DNA of 32,000 nt from Hyperthermus butylicus DSM 5456 (GTDB lineage: Archaea; Thermoproteota; Thermoprotei_A; Sulfolobales; Pyrodictiaceae), in assembly GCF_000015145.1 (NCBI RefSeq), contig NC_008818.1, positions 1,080,001 to 1,112,000 of the forward strand, written 5' to 3'. The position numbers and the translations under genes are program-made. The notes under the pieces are model-generated. The model was given only the letters and a program-made list of their open reading frames with translations. It was not told the origin of the DNA and searched no databases. Positions 1-8,697 of this stretch are shown here, one piece after another (the first letter of the stretch is position 1; the number at the start of each line of letters is the position of its first letter).

Positions 1-453
1 AAGCCAGGCCAGGGCTGCACCACCCGCCAAAGCGTAGGACGCCGATACCAGGAGAAGGCTGAGACCAACACTACCCCCGTCAACCCGGTTCGAGGCGAGA
101 AACGCTGTTAGGGAGGACACGGCAGTCACACCAACAACTGCCAACACGGCGGTCTCAACACTAAGCCATAGCCCCATAAACACAGCCAACACATAGGCTG
201 GAGCACTCAGCGCCATACAAGCAAGGCATAGCTTGACCACGAAGCTGCTTACCCGCACAGCGCCAGAAGCGACATAAGCTACAGCTACAGCGTGGGGAAA
301 GAGCATCAACACACCAAACAACATGAGGTACATATGGACGTGAACCTGGCCTAAAACCAGCAACAACAACCCCGCAACGAGGTAGACAAGACTGGCCACA
401 ACACCGATACGGGTGCACGTCTTCACAACAACGGTGGTTATGGCTGAAGGCAT
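1..453 (-). CDS. Polytopic membrane protein, N-terminal part only (gene runs off the left edge)
   Basis: Hand translation of the minus strand from ATG (453..451) is stop-free for all 151 codons down to position 1: MPSAITTVVVKTCTRIGVVASLVYLVAGLLLLVLGQVHVHMYLMLFGVLMLFPHAVAVAYVASGAVRVSSFVVKLCLACMALSAPAYVLAVFMGLWLSVETAVLAVVGVTAVSS... It has several ~20-residue hydrophobic stretches. It is absent from the ORF track because it has no stop inside the window. Confidence 0.5.
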   Translation of the reverse strand, partial: MPSAITTVVVKTCTRIGVVASLVYLVAGLLLLVLGQVHVHMYLMLFGVLMLFPHAVAVAYVASGAVRVSSFVVKLCLACMALSAPAYVLAVFMGLWLSVETAVLAVVGVTAVSSLTAFLASNRVDGGSVGLSLLLVSASYALAGGAALAWL

Positions 454-930
454 TCTCTCTAGGCCGGGCACCGGGACTGCAGCCTAGAGGATAAGTCTAG
501 TTGGCCGCACAAGACAGGCTGGGCTATGACTGTAACAGTCTAAGCTCACCCCCACACTTAGCCAGGTCTACCCCGGCTACATAACCCTGGAGCAAGGAAC
601 CGTCGGTACCTGCAAGCACCCCAACCTATTGTCGGTCATCCTGCCTGGAGCACCAATAACTGTACGGGGCATCCTATTATGCGCTGGGTCTGCAAGGTAG
701 CCTAGGAGGTGTAGCGTCTCCCCAAGCTCTAGACCCCGCTTCCCCGCAGCTCTACGGGGTTCCAGGATGAAGCCCAGCTGGTACATCGTGCAGTCTGGTT
801 GTTCTCCTCACACGAGCAAAATGTAGGCTAATGCTACAAAACATGAAGACCCAGATCCAGATATGGTATGTGACGACACATAATGTGTGTCGGGGCGTTT
901 TGCGGGCTAGTTTTATGTGTTAGTTGTTGC

Positions 931-940
931 ATATTAAATA
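931..940 (+). promoter_or_regulatory. TATA-box-like element upstream of the DUF77 gene
   Basis: 'atattaaata' lies in an AT-rich patch (911..940), about 20-28 nt upstream of GTG 959. The spacing fits a leaderless or short-leader archaeal transcript. Confidence 0.4.
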
Positions 941-958
941 GTCTTGGGTGGGTTGTCT

Positions 959-1303
959 GTGCCTACTGTTTCGATAAAAGTTATACCTATTGGTGTTGGG
1001 CCAAGTCTCTCCAGGTATATTGCTCGGGTTGTTGCACTGCTTGAGGCTAAGGGGTATAAGCCCCTGGTGACTCCCGATACGACTGTTATCCAGGTCAATG
1101 ATGTTAGTGAGATCGGGCCCCTGGTCAGGATGATCCATGACGAGCTTTACAGCATGGGTGTAGCTAGGGTGCTTACCATTATTATGATTGATGAGAGGAG
1201 GGATGTTGCTGAGGCTCCGCCTCAGGCTGCTGTTGAGAAGGTGCTTGCCCGGCTGCAGGAGGAGCGTAAGAAGTTTACGCGCGACGTGCACGGCGTGATC
1301 TAG
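959..1303 (+). CDS. MTH1187/YkoF-family (DUF77) small ligand/thiamine-binding protein
   Basis: 'SIKVIPIGVGPSLSRYIARVVALLEAKGYKPLVTPDTTVI...ARVLTIIMIDERRD' matches the family pattern (xxIPlG..svs.yv...i..l...G.....p.gT.iEG ... Rv...ikiD.R.d). The size is also typical. The track starts at TTG 944; GTG 959 gives the usual N-terminus. Confidence 0.75.
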   Translation: MPTVSIKVIPIGVGPSLSRYIARVVALLEAKGYKPLVTPDTTVIQVNDVSEIGPLVRMIHDELYSMGVARVLTIIMIDERRDVAEAPPQAAVEKVLARLQEERKKFTRDVHGVI

Positions 1304-2352
1304 TGTTTTGTCTTGGGGAGCAGGTAGTAGGTGTTATTGTACTGCAGTAGCCTAGCCTCACCTCCGATCTCTATCCTACCCTCTATCTTTACCCTTGACC
1401 TTGGGAGTTCCTCGTAGTTGTATGCTCCGTCAAGATACTGTATGTGTATCCAGCCGAGCTCCACGGCTGCTACTATGACGGGGTGTTCTTCTATATCTGG
1501 CTTTTTCAGCTTCTTCCATGCCTCTTCCACTGTTAGCCGGTGCTGGCGTCGGGTGCCGAGCCTGCGTATGTGTACATAGCCGTTTGCTATGCGCTCCACT
1601 ATTGCTAGTGATCCGTTGTAATCTACGAGGCTTCCCTCCCTGAAGAATGGGAGCCGTACGGATAGCGTGAGCCGCGAGAATCGTTTGCCGTCGCTCCTCC
1701 TGCCGACGACCTTGTGGCTCTCCTTGACCATTGCTGCCATCTGGCTCCTCATCTTTGCCGCTAGGTGCCTTGCAAGGTTTGCATCCAACATCTTATAGTC
1801 TATACCCTCCCTCAGCTCCTCAACAGAGATTATCGCGTCTACCACACCTGGCATTGTCTGCACCATGTCCTCTACCGCTACTCGGTCCTCCTCGCTTAGT
1901 CTTCCATCGTAGCCTCGTATCTGGACTATTGCCGCTGGCGTCCCAGCCGCACGCTGGAAGCACGCTGGGCACAGCTGCTTCTTCGTCTCGAGAGCTACAG
2001 TATATGTTACCCGATGCTCCCCTTGTATGCCGCGCAGCTTGCCGGTGACGACTAATATTGCCCGCTCGTTCTCATAGTCTACCTCAACGCTCTCGACGCG
2101 GTAGTACTCGACGTGCTCTGCCGGCTTGAAACTGGCCTGAGCTATGAGCAACACCACGTCCTCTATGCCGCCGTCGCCCGGCGGGGGGTACCAGCGGCCC
2201 TGGAACCGGTAGCTGCCACAGCGGGGGCAAATGGTTACTACTAGCTTCTGAGGCAGCCTGCCGAGACCGTATAGCTCCAGGTAACAGTCAGGACAGAGCC
2301 TTCCATCAACCAGTACCGCTACGTCGCGGCCACAGCGTATACACATAGGCAC
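1300..2352 (-). CDS. NMD3-family protein (archaeal homologue of the 60S export adaptor)
   Basis: The N-terminus has paired Cys motifs, 'CIRCGR...CPDC...CPRCGSYRFQGRW', plus a later 'CPAC'. At ~350 aa the length is typical of archaeal COG1499/NMD3 proteins. Confidence 0.7.
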   Translation of the reverse strand: MPMCIRCGRDVAVLVDGRLCPDCYLELYGLGRLPQKLVVTICPRCGSYRFQGRWYPPPGDGGIEDVVLLIAQASFKPAEHVEYYRVESVEVDYENERAILVVTGKLRGIQGEHRVTYTVALETKKQLCPACFQRAAGTPAAIVQIRGYDGRLSEEDRVAVEDMVQTMPGVVDAIISVEELREGIDYKMLDANLARHLAAKMRSQMAAMVKESHKVVGRRSDGKRFSRLTLSVRLPFFREGSLVDYNGSLAIVERIANGYVHIRRLGTRRQHRLTVEEAWKKLKKPDIEEHPVIVAAVELGWIHIQYLDGAYNYEELPRSRVKIEGRIEIGGEARLLQYNNTYYLLPKTKH

Positions 2353-2441
2353 TGCTCGGCGCCACCCGCCGGTGAAGGCTCTAGCCGAAGGGGGCGTATC
2401 TAGGCTACTCCTATCAAGGGCTCCCCGGGCCTTCCTAGGGT

Positions 2442-4004
2442 TTGGCGGGTGTCTGGGTGTTGTCTTGCCCTGTACTTGTTACTGCTAGGAGGATCTATGT
2501 AGGGTTTAAGCCTACGAGGCTTGTGGAGGCTATTGTCGCGGTTAACGGGCTCGTAGTCTACGCGGGGTCTAGGAACGATGCCGAACGGATTGCGCGTGGG
2601 CTCGCTGTGGCTGTTGGATGTAGCCGTCCACGGGTGCTAGAGTTCACTGACTCGTACGCGCTGCCGGGCTTCGTTGATGCTCATTTGCACTTGCGAGGCG
2701 TGGGGGCTAAGCTCTATGGTATCGACCTCTCCGATGTGAGGAGCATTGAGGAGTTCAAGGCTGTTGTTGCAAGGGAGGTTGCGCGGTTTGAGTCATGGAT
2801 TATTGGACGTGGCTGGGACCAGGAGAGAATGGGGGCATGGCCCACCCGCTATGACCTGGACGAGGTTGTACCAGATAAACCCGTCGTGCTGATGAGGATT
2901 TGTGGCCACGCAGCCGTGCTCAACACTGTTGCCCTCAAGGAGCTTGGGTTCCTCGGGCGGAGGAGCCCGGACATCGACGTTGGCTGCGACGGTGAGCCTA
3001 CAGGCCTAGTCTTCGAGAAGGCTGCTGAGGAGGCCTATAGGGAGGCTGTACGTAAGCTCGACCAGGTTAAGCTGATACTTGAGGCTGCGAGGCACGTGTT
3101 GTCCTACGGGGTTACCCTTGTCGGTGATATGGGTGTTGACAGCGAGGAGATTTACGGGCTTGTGAGGGCTAGGTTTATGGGCTTGCTGCCGCTGCGTGTC
3201 CGCATCTATCTCTCCCAGAGCCTCTTCGAGCAACTGGAGCGGGCTGGTGTTATCCCAATTTTTGGCGATACGTTTCTCGCTGTGAAGGGCGTCAAGATGT
3301 TTATGGATGGGAGCCTAGGCGCTAGGACTGCTTGGCTAAGGGAGCCCTATAGCGATGCATCGGAGACCAGGGGTAGGAGCCTAGCAGGCTGGAGGGACGT
3401 CGCGAGGCTCGCGGAGGCTGCGAAGCGGTGGGGCGCCGATGTAGCAGTCCACGCTATAGGTGATGCGGCTCTCGCGGAGGCTCTCCATGGCATGGAGGCT
3501 GCCAGGTGTCGCTGTAGGATAGAGCATGCGAGTCTCGCGCCTCCAGACCTGCTGAGTGTTGCTGCAAGGCTGGGGGTTAGGATTGCTGTTCAGCCACGGT
3601 TCCTAGTTAGTGACACATGGGCGGCAGACCGGCTTGGTGTTGAGAGGGTTCGATGGCTCTACCCGTTCAAGACAATGATATCCATGGGTATACAAGTGGG
3701 CTTCTCTAGCGACGCGCCTGTAGAGCCCGTGAACCCGTTCGAAGGCATCTACGCCGCGGCTACCCGCGGCGCGGTAGCAGGCTATACCCGGGATGAGGCG
3801 TTGGATGTGGAGACTGGACTCCACCTCTACACAGCTGGCTCCGCCGCGATACTTGGCGACCGGAGGGCGGGTTGCCTCGAGCCGGGCTGCTACGCGGACA
3901 TAGCCGTGGTCGACCATGACCCGTTGGAGGTTAGTGTCGAGGAGCTACCGGGGATAAGGTTCGAAGCGAGTATTGTTGGCGGGGAGCTTGTGTGGAGCCG
4001 GTAA
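2442..4004 (+). CDS. Amidohydrolase-3 (YtcJ-like, COG1574) metal-dependent hydrolase
   Basis: Intact 'LPGFVDAHLHL' (HxH metal motif), 'VKMFMDGSLGARTAWL', 'AVHAIGD' and 'RIEHAS' are present. The ~520 aa length fits. The start is ambiguous (TTG 2442, GTG 2457). Confidence 0.75.
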   Translation: MAGVWVLSCPVLVTARRIYVGFKPTRLVEAIVAVNGLVVYAGSRNDAERIARGLAVAVGCSRPRVLEFTDSYALPGFVDAHLHLRGVGAKLYGIDLSDVRSIEEFKAVVAREVARFESWIIGRGWDQERMGAWPTRYDLDEVVPDKPVVLMRICGHAAVLNTVALKELGFLGRRSPDIDVGCDGEPTGLVFEKAAEEAYREAVRKLDQVKLILEAARHVLSYGVTLVGDMGVDSEEIYGLVRARFMGLLPLRVRIYLSQSLFEQLERAGVIPIFGDTFLAVKGVKMFMDGSLGARTAWLREPYSDASETRGRSLAGWRDVARLAEAAKRWGADVAVHAIGDAALAEALHGMEAARCRCRIEHASLAPPDLLSVAARLGVRIAVQPRFLVSDTWAADRLGVERVRWLYPFKTMISMGIQVGFSSDAPVEPVNPFEGIYAAATRGAVAGYTRDEALDVETGLHLYTAGSAAILGDRRAGCLEPGCYADIAVVDHDPLEVSVEELPGIRFEASIVGGELVWSR

Positions 4005-4903
4005 CGGCGTGCCACCAGCAGGCATATGCTTGCGCCGAAGCCGTTGTCATTGATGCTGCTGTGACACGACCAGGGCTCACTAGCTTCTCTAGGCCGCGGA
4101 GCGACCTCGATCCGCTAGCATTCGCTGCCCTGGCGCCGAGAGCTTATGAGGCCTGTCTCTGTAGCTGCCTGAGGAGCACTGCGAAAGACCATACCGGCTG
4201 GCTTGGCTGCTGGCTAGACGCCATAGAGTCTCTCACCGCTGCCGAGTGGGGCAACCCCGGAATGGGCATGCTGTTCCTCTTGTCGCTACAAGCCGCCGCG
4301 CTCGGCTACACGGTGGAGAAGCTTGGCAGCGACGACGACATGCATGTTATGGGGGCCGCCCAGCTCCTCGTAGAACAGGCAGGGGTAGAGGGTGCCAAGG
4401 CTTTCTACAGGGCGCTGCAACTCGTAGCGCCAAGTTACCTTGGTAGGTTATCGTGGAACGGGCTACCAGACGCCACAACGGGAAGACTTGCACTGGCAGA
4501 GCTGTGGGAGAAGCAGGTCACACTACGCGAACTGCTTGCCGCCGCCTCTCTCTATGACCCCGTAGCCCGCGATGCCGCTACTGGTTTCTCGCTCAGCTTC
4601 GGCGAGATCATACCACTACTACTAGAGCACGCTGATGACCTAGCAACGGGTGTTAGGAGGGCCACGTACTATATTGCCGGGTTCCACGGCGACTTCCTCC
4701 TGAGAAGAAAACGTGGGGGCTTCCTCGGAGAGCTGTGGCGCCGCGCATACATGGGTGACCAGGCTGCCGAGGAGGAGCTGTACCGACTGCTAGAGGGGGC
4801 AGCGGGGCCAGGCTCCTCGGCCGACGTGGTAGCTAATGCTGTGGCAAGGCTCCTCTACCTCGCCGAGGCTGGGAGGATTACTGTCCGCCTCTACCCGCCC
4901 TAG
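3992..4903 (+). CDS. CitG/MdcB-like protein (triphosphoribosyl-dephospho-CoA synthase family)
   Basis: 'VTRPGLTSFSRPRSDLDPLAF' resembles the CitG 'tPKPGLVD...H.DMd...F' region, and 'GNPGMGMLFLLSLQAAALG' resembles the second conserved block. It overlaps the upstream amidohydrolase by 13 nt. Recognition is from memory only. Confidence 0.45.
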   Translation: MEPVTACHQQAYACAEAVVIDAAVTRPGLTSFSRPRSDLDPLAFAALAPRAYEACLCSCLRSTAKDHTGWLGCWLDAIESLTAAEWGNPGMGMLFLLSLQAAALGYTVEKLGSDDDMHVMGAAQLLVEQAGVEGAKAFYRALQLVAPSYLGRLSWNGLPDATTGRLALAELWEKQVTLRELLAAASLYDPVARDAATGFSLSFGEIIPLLLEHADDLATGVRRATYYIAGFHGDFLLRRKRGGFLGELWRRAYMGDQAAEEELYRLLEGAAGPGSSADVVANAVARLLYLAEAGRITVRLYPP

Positions 4904-5150
4904 ATATACGGCCCTTAGTTGCCGCAAGGGCTACTAAGTAGACGGCCCTAGCCATTGACTCCACGAGCACCTTAGAGGCCTCCTCCAACTCCTCTACGTC
5001 TCTCCTAGCCTTAGCCTTGTTTACCCATTCGAGGTAGCTCCTTAGCCTCGGCTCAACTAGCGTGAGCAGCGGCAGGGGACCCACACGCTTCTCAGCCTCC
5101 TCCGCCGCGTCACGCAGCCGACCATCTTGCTCAGCAGCCCTTAGAGCCAT
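4878..5150 (-). CDS. Small all-helical hypothetical protein, translationally coupled to the helicase
   Basis: ATG 5150..5148 shares its A with the helicase stop TAA (5152..5150), giving TAATG coupling. Product: MALRAAEQDGRLRDAAEEAEKRVGPLPLLTLVEPRLRSYLEWVNKAKARRDVEELEEASKVLVESMARAVYLVALAATKG... The track ORF extends to ATG 5177. No family recognised. Confidence 0.35.
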   Translation of the reverse strand: MALRAAEQDGRLRDAAEEAEKRVGPLPLLTLVEPRLRSYLEWVNKAKARRDVEELEEASKVLVESMARAVYLVALAATKGRISRAGRGGQ

Positions 5151-7969
5151 TACACCCATGTAGCTTCCCGCAAGCATTCTATGAGGAGGTCGCGCTGCTC
5201 CCTACCATAGTAGTATATCGTCATGCCCTGAGAAAGGGCACGGTCAATGTGGGCTAGTACTCGGTGAGCTATCTCCGACGCCGAATCGAGCGAAACCCTG
5301 CCCTTGATAACGTCTATTCGGGGTTCCTCGCCATCAAAGCTAGCCACAGCAGCCACAACAGCTGAGCCAGCACTGGAGTCTATGGTTTCGTATACGGCTG
5401 CTATACTGGTTATCCCGTGGCTCCTACTCGGCCTCGGGTACTCGACCACAACCTCGCCGGCACGTAGCACTTCGCTTCCAGCAATAACCCTTGCAACCTG
5501 GGCTGCCAGCCTCTTCGCGCTCTCGAGGCTTACCTCGCCACGCATAATCCTCAGCGCAGACACAGGGTCAACAGCAGCTATGAGGGGGAGCGCTATGCCG
5601 GGCAGCTCGTATCTCTCAACATTCTCAGCCACCTCCAGCCAGTCAAGCTTGTCAAGAAGCCCTGCCGCCTCCCTCTCCCAGAGGTGTACGAGTTTGATAG
5701 GTCCAGCTGACACGACGCGGTAGCGGAGGAGGCCTAGGGGTATCGAGTAGCGCTCGTCGAGCCGGAGGTAGACTATGAGTAGGGCTAGTCCGAGCCTCAA
5801 GTCCTCGGCCCGGAGGGTGCCCGGTGCCTCGAAGACGTAGCCATAGGTGTAGTCGCGGTAGCGGCCAGCCACCGGCGCGTTAAGCTCTATACTTGCAACC
5901 TCATGGTAGACCCTCACACCATTAGGTGTCCTCGACAGCCTCGGCCTTGCACTCTCAACGAGCCACTCGACCTCGATAGGCTCCTCTACAAGCTCACCAA
6001 AGCCAGACGTTGGTGCCGAAACATTGAGCACTATGGCTGCTGTAACTCTGCCATAGCGGATGTCATCAGCTAGCCTTGGTGCCTCGCCCCATGCCTTTTT
6101 AATATCCTCGTACCTAGCTGCCGCCCTCGCCAACCACTCGTGGCCAGCTACTGCATCCTCAACGGGCTCCTCGTAGACACGGTACTCCCGCGGCTCGACA
6201 CGCACCACTAGAGCCTCCGTCATTGGGTCGAAGGCTCCCGGCTGATACTTCTCCACAACATCGCGGAGCGATGCTTCCTCGCCGCGGAGTACTATTTCGC
6301 GGTCGCCACGCACGAGTACCTTCCGATACCCATACGGTGGGCCGTGCTCGTAGAAGCCTATGTCGTTCCAAAACGCCTTACCCCTCTTGCTCAGCGTTAG
6401 CCTCCGCTCGCCGAGCGCAGTAGTGTACTCCTCTACGAAACCGAATTTACGAAGAAGCTTCTCTTCATCACTGCTCAGCTCTAGACCGCGGAGAAGCCTC
6501 CACATAGCCTTGAATATCGTAGCGTAGGCGTTTGACGGGTTTATGTATAGCTTCTCGAGGGGCAAGCCAAGCCACTCGCGTAGCGCACTACTACCGGTCT
6601 CGAGGAGCTTTCTATCCCAGAGACCGGAGGGAATAACTATGGACTCCGTTACGCCTAGTTCTTTCCGGCGGCCCTTGCGGCCCTCCCTCTGCATGTACTC
6701 TCTCAGGTCGGCAGGAAGCCCTACATGTACGACCCGGTACACCGTACCTATGTCTATTCCCTGGGCTAGCGTCCTCACAGTAATTATCAGCGCTACCCGG
6801 CCCTCCCTCGCCGCCGCCTCCAGCTGTTCGCGTTTCTCCTTCGACACGAGGTGATGGTGTATGCCGACTAGGCCACGCTTCCCGGGGGGAAGCCTTTCAA
6901 GAAGGCTCCGGTAGAGCCTCTCAGCCATCCGGATACTCCTGGTGAACACCAGGGTAACCCTGCCTGGCTCAGAGGCATCCAACACGGCCTGGAGGATCTC
7001 CACTGGGTCCATGCCGGGCCTGGGCGGTCTAAGCCCTATGGCTTCCAGAGCCTCGTATATCTCGTACATGTGCTCCCTAAACTCTTCGTCGTCCCCCACA
7101 ATGTCTAGTATCCATGGAGCCCTAGAGGCTATGACTGACGCGTAAGCCCTCACATAGTCCCGTAGCGCCTCGAACCCCTTACCTAGGACTATTATGGTCC
7201 TATTCCGTGTCTTGAACGGCTTACCCTCTATGATGCTTGTATCCCTACCCGTAATGTCCGTGAGGAGTTTCGCCAACTCGCCAGGGTTGCCTAGGGTAGC
7301 TGAGAGCACTACTACTCGGGGAGACTTGGAAGCTAAGTGCTTTGAGACCAGCTCCACTATCGCTAGGAGGAGATGAGCACCGCGGGGCCCATAGAAGTCT
7401 AGCTCGTCGAAAACCATGAGGTCTACCGACGTAAGGAAGTCCTCTAGGAGGGCGCGGTTAGGGTGCATAGCTAGCCTCTTCATCTCCGCGAGGAGGAATG
7501 CTGGGTTTGTAACTACAACCATAGCCTTGGAGAGCTGGCGTAGCAGCTCGTCGCCGCGTCGCCCCCGCTTCTCGATACTAGGCCTATCAATACGCACTAC
7601 CGCATCCCGGTAGCCGGCGGCGCGATAGTATTCTTCGAGCCTCCTTATCTGGTCAGCTGCAAGTGCCAGGGTAGGGTAGACGGCGAGCACTCTCCAGCCG
7701 TGGCGGAGGGCTGCGAGAGCCCACGCCTCCGTTTTTCCGGAACCCGTGCGTGCCGTTAGTATTACGTTCCTACCCTGCTCGAGAGCCTCTATGGCCTCTA
7801 GCTGGTGGCGGTAGAGTTTCAGCCTGGCCTTTTCATGACCGGAGAGTCGCGGGACTATATCCGAGAAAGTCTTGTCGGACTGCTCGGGCTCCTCGGGAGG
7901 CTCCTCCCACACGAGAACCTCGTAGCCCAGGCTCCTTAGCAGCGATGCAATCCTTCCATGCCTTGCCAA
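5150..7969 (-). CDS. Superfamily-2 DExD/H helicase, COG1205 (YprA/MrfA-like) type core with a ~450-aa uncharacterised C-terminal region
   Basis: Motif I is 'TARTGSGKTEA' and Ia is 'VYPTLALAADQ' (compare MrfA-type 'PTKALAQDQ'). Motif II is 'VFDELDFYGPRGAH' (compare 'DELHxYxGxxGsH'), III is 'LSATLGNP', V is 'TLAQGIDIG' and VI is 'QREGRKGRR'. The TTG start at 7969 is uncertain. Confidence 0.8.
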   Translation of the reverse strand: MARHGRIASLLRSLGYEVLVWEEPPEEPEQSDKTFSDIVPRLSGHEKARLKLYRHQLEAIEALEQGRNVILTARTGSGKTEAWALAALRHGWRVLAVYPTLALAADQIRRLEEYYRAAGYRDAVVRIDRPSIEKRGRRGDELLRQLSKAMVVVTNPAFLLAEMKRLAMHPNRALLEDFLTSVDLMVFDELDFYGPRGAHLLLAIVELVSKHLASKSPRVVVLSATLGNPGELAKLLTDITGRDTSIIEGKPFKTRNRTIIVLGKGFEALRDYVRAYASVIASRAPWILDIVGDDEEFREHMYEIYEALEAIGLRPPRPGMDPVEILQAVLDASEPGRVTLVFTRSIRMAERLYRSLLERLPPGKRGLVGIHHHLVSKEKREQLEAAAREGRVALIITVRTLAQGIDIGTVYRVVHVGLPADLREYMQREGRKGRRKELGVTESIVIPSGLWDRKLLETGSSALREWLGLPLEKLYINPSNAYATIFKAMWRLLRGLELSSDEEKLLRKFGFVEEYTTALGERRLTLSKRGKAFWNDIGFYEHGPPYGYRKVLVRGDREIVLRGEEASLRDVVEKYQPGAFDPMTEALVVRVEPREYRVYEEPVEDAVAGHEWLARAAARYEDIKKAWGEAPRLADDIRYGRVTAAIVLNVSAPTSGFGELVEEPIEVEWLVESARPRLSRTPNGVRVYHEVASIELNAPVAGRYRDYTYGYVFEAPGTLRAEDLRLGLALLIVYLRLDERYSIPLGLLRYRVVSAGPIKLVHLWEREAAGLLDKLDWLEVAENVERYELPGIALPLIAAVDPVSALRIMRGEVSLESAKRLAAQVARVIAGSEVLRAGEVVVEYPRPSRSHGITSIAAVYETIDSSAGSAVVAAVASFDGEEPRIDVIKGRVSLDSASEIAHRVLAHIDRALSQGMTIYYYGREQRDLLIECLREATWV

Positions 7970-8119
7970 GGCCTACTTCATGCCCCTAGGCTCTCCTAGG
8001 CTTGAATACCATATGAACCCTACCCGTGCGAAAACCCGTGGCCAAAGGAGGGTCTAGGACAACAGGCCAGGCCGCCACCCGTGTATAGTGTTGCGTTGGC
8101 ATGTGAGGCTCCCGGATGC

Positions 8120-8557
8120 CTACTTCTCCACAGGTAACTTGACCGTGTAGGTGCTGCCATCACAGTACTGTATGACTATTGTGAGCATGTCTGGTAGTAC
8201 AGGCCTTGATATCAGCGTTATGGGTATTGGCTCAACGGTCTCGCTTATACCCGTCAGTGTTAGCCATCCCTCCATCCCGGCTGGAGCCGATATATAGACC
8301 TTGACTGGAAGCTTCATGTCCTGGAAGTATAGGCTGCAGATTCTCGCCTCGCCGCTACCTTCAACCCTTACGTGGAGGTAGATCTCGAGCGTGAAGGGAA
8401 CCTCGGACTTTACCCTTGCAAAGCTGGTATCAGCCATGACTATTATGTATGCCTTCTCCGTCGCCTGCTGGTGAAGGAGAACATTCGAGTATAGTAGAGG
8501 TATGAAGCTTATCAGTATAGCTGCAGCCAGCGCCAACACTATAGTCTTCATCCTCAT
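8120..8557 (-). CDS. Small N-terminally anchored/secreted hypothetical protein
   Basis: The N-terminus 'MRMKTIVLALAAAILISFIPLLY' is a signal or anchor helix. The remainder is beta-rich. No family recognised. Confidence 0.4.
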   Translation of the reverse strand: MRMKTIVLALAAAILISFIPLLYSNVLLHQQATEKAYIIVMADTSFARVKSEVPFTLEIYLHVRVEGSGEARICSLYFQDMKLPVKVYISAPAGMEGWLTLTGISETVEPIPITLISRPVLPDMLTIVIQYCDGSTYTVKLPVEK

Positions 8558-8697
8558 AGTTTCTCACCGCGTGGTTCACGCGTAGTATTGGGCCCAGCTA
8601 CTCTCTCATAGATTGATTGGGAGCTTTCATCCACTTATAAGCGGAGCTGCTTTAATCCTAACCCTGCCCTAGCGCTGGAGCTGCTGGTGGCTTGTTG

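Noticed and set aside
161-418. An 85-aa Cys/Arg-rich minus-strand ORF from the track
   Set aside because: A different minus-strand frame (1..453) is open across the whole region and encodes a plausible multi-TM protein. The 85-aa product (MHPYRCCGQSCLPRCG...) has a non-protein-like composition.
577-786. A 69-aa minus-strand ORF in the 454..943 spacer
   Set aside because: I found no recognisable motif, no convincing promoter or SD, and the composition is odd. I cannot support it as a gene. It might be a remnant, so it is left uncalled.
5304-7989. A series of plus-strand ORFs (60-139 aa) antisense to the helicase gene
   Set aside because: These are Ser/Arg/Pro/Thr-rich low-complexity translations, typical of the antisense frame of a GC-rich gene. 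The helicase frame carries all the SF2 motifs.
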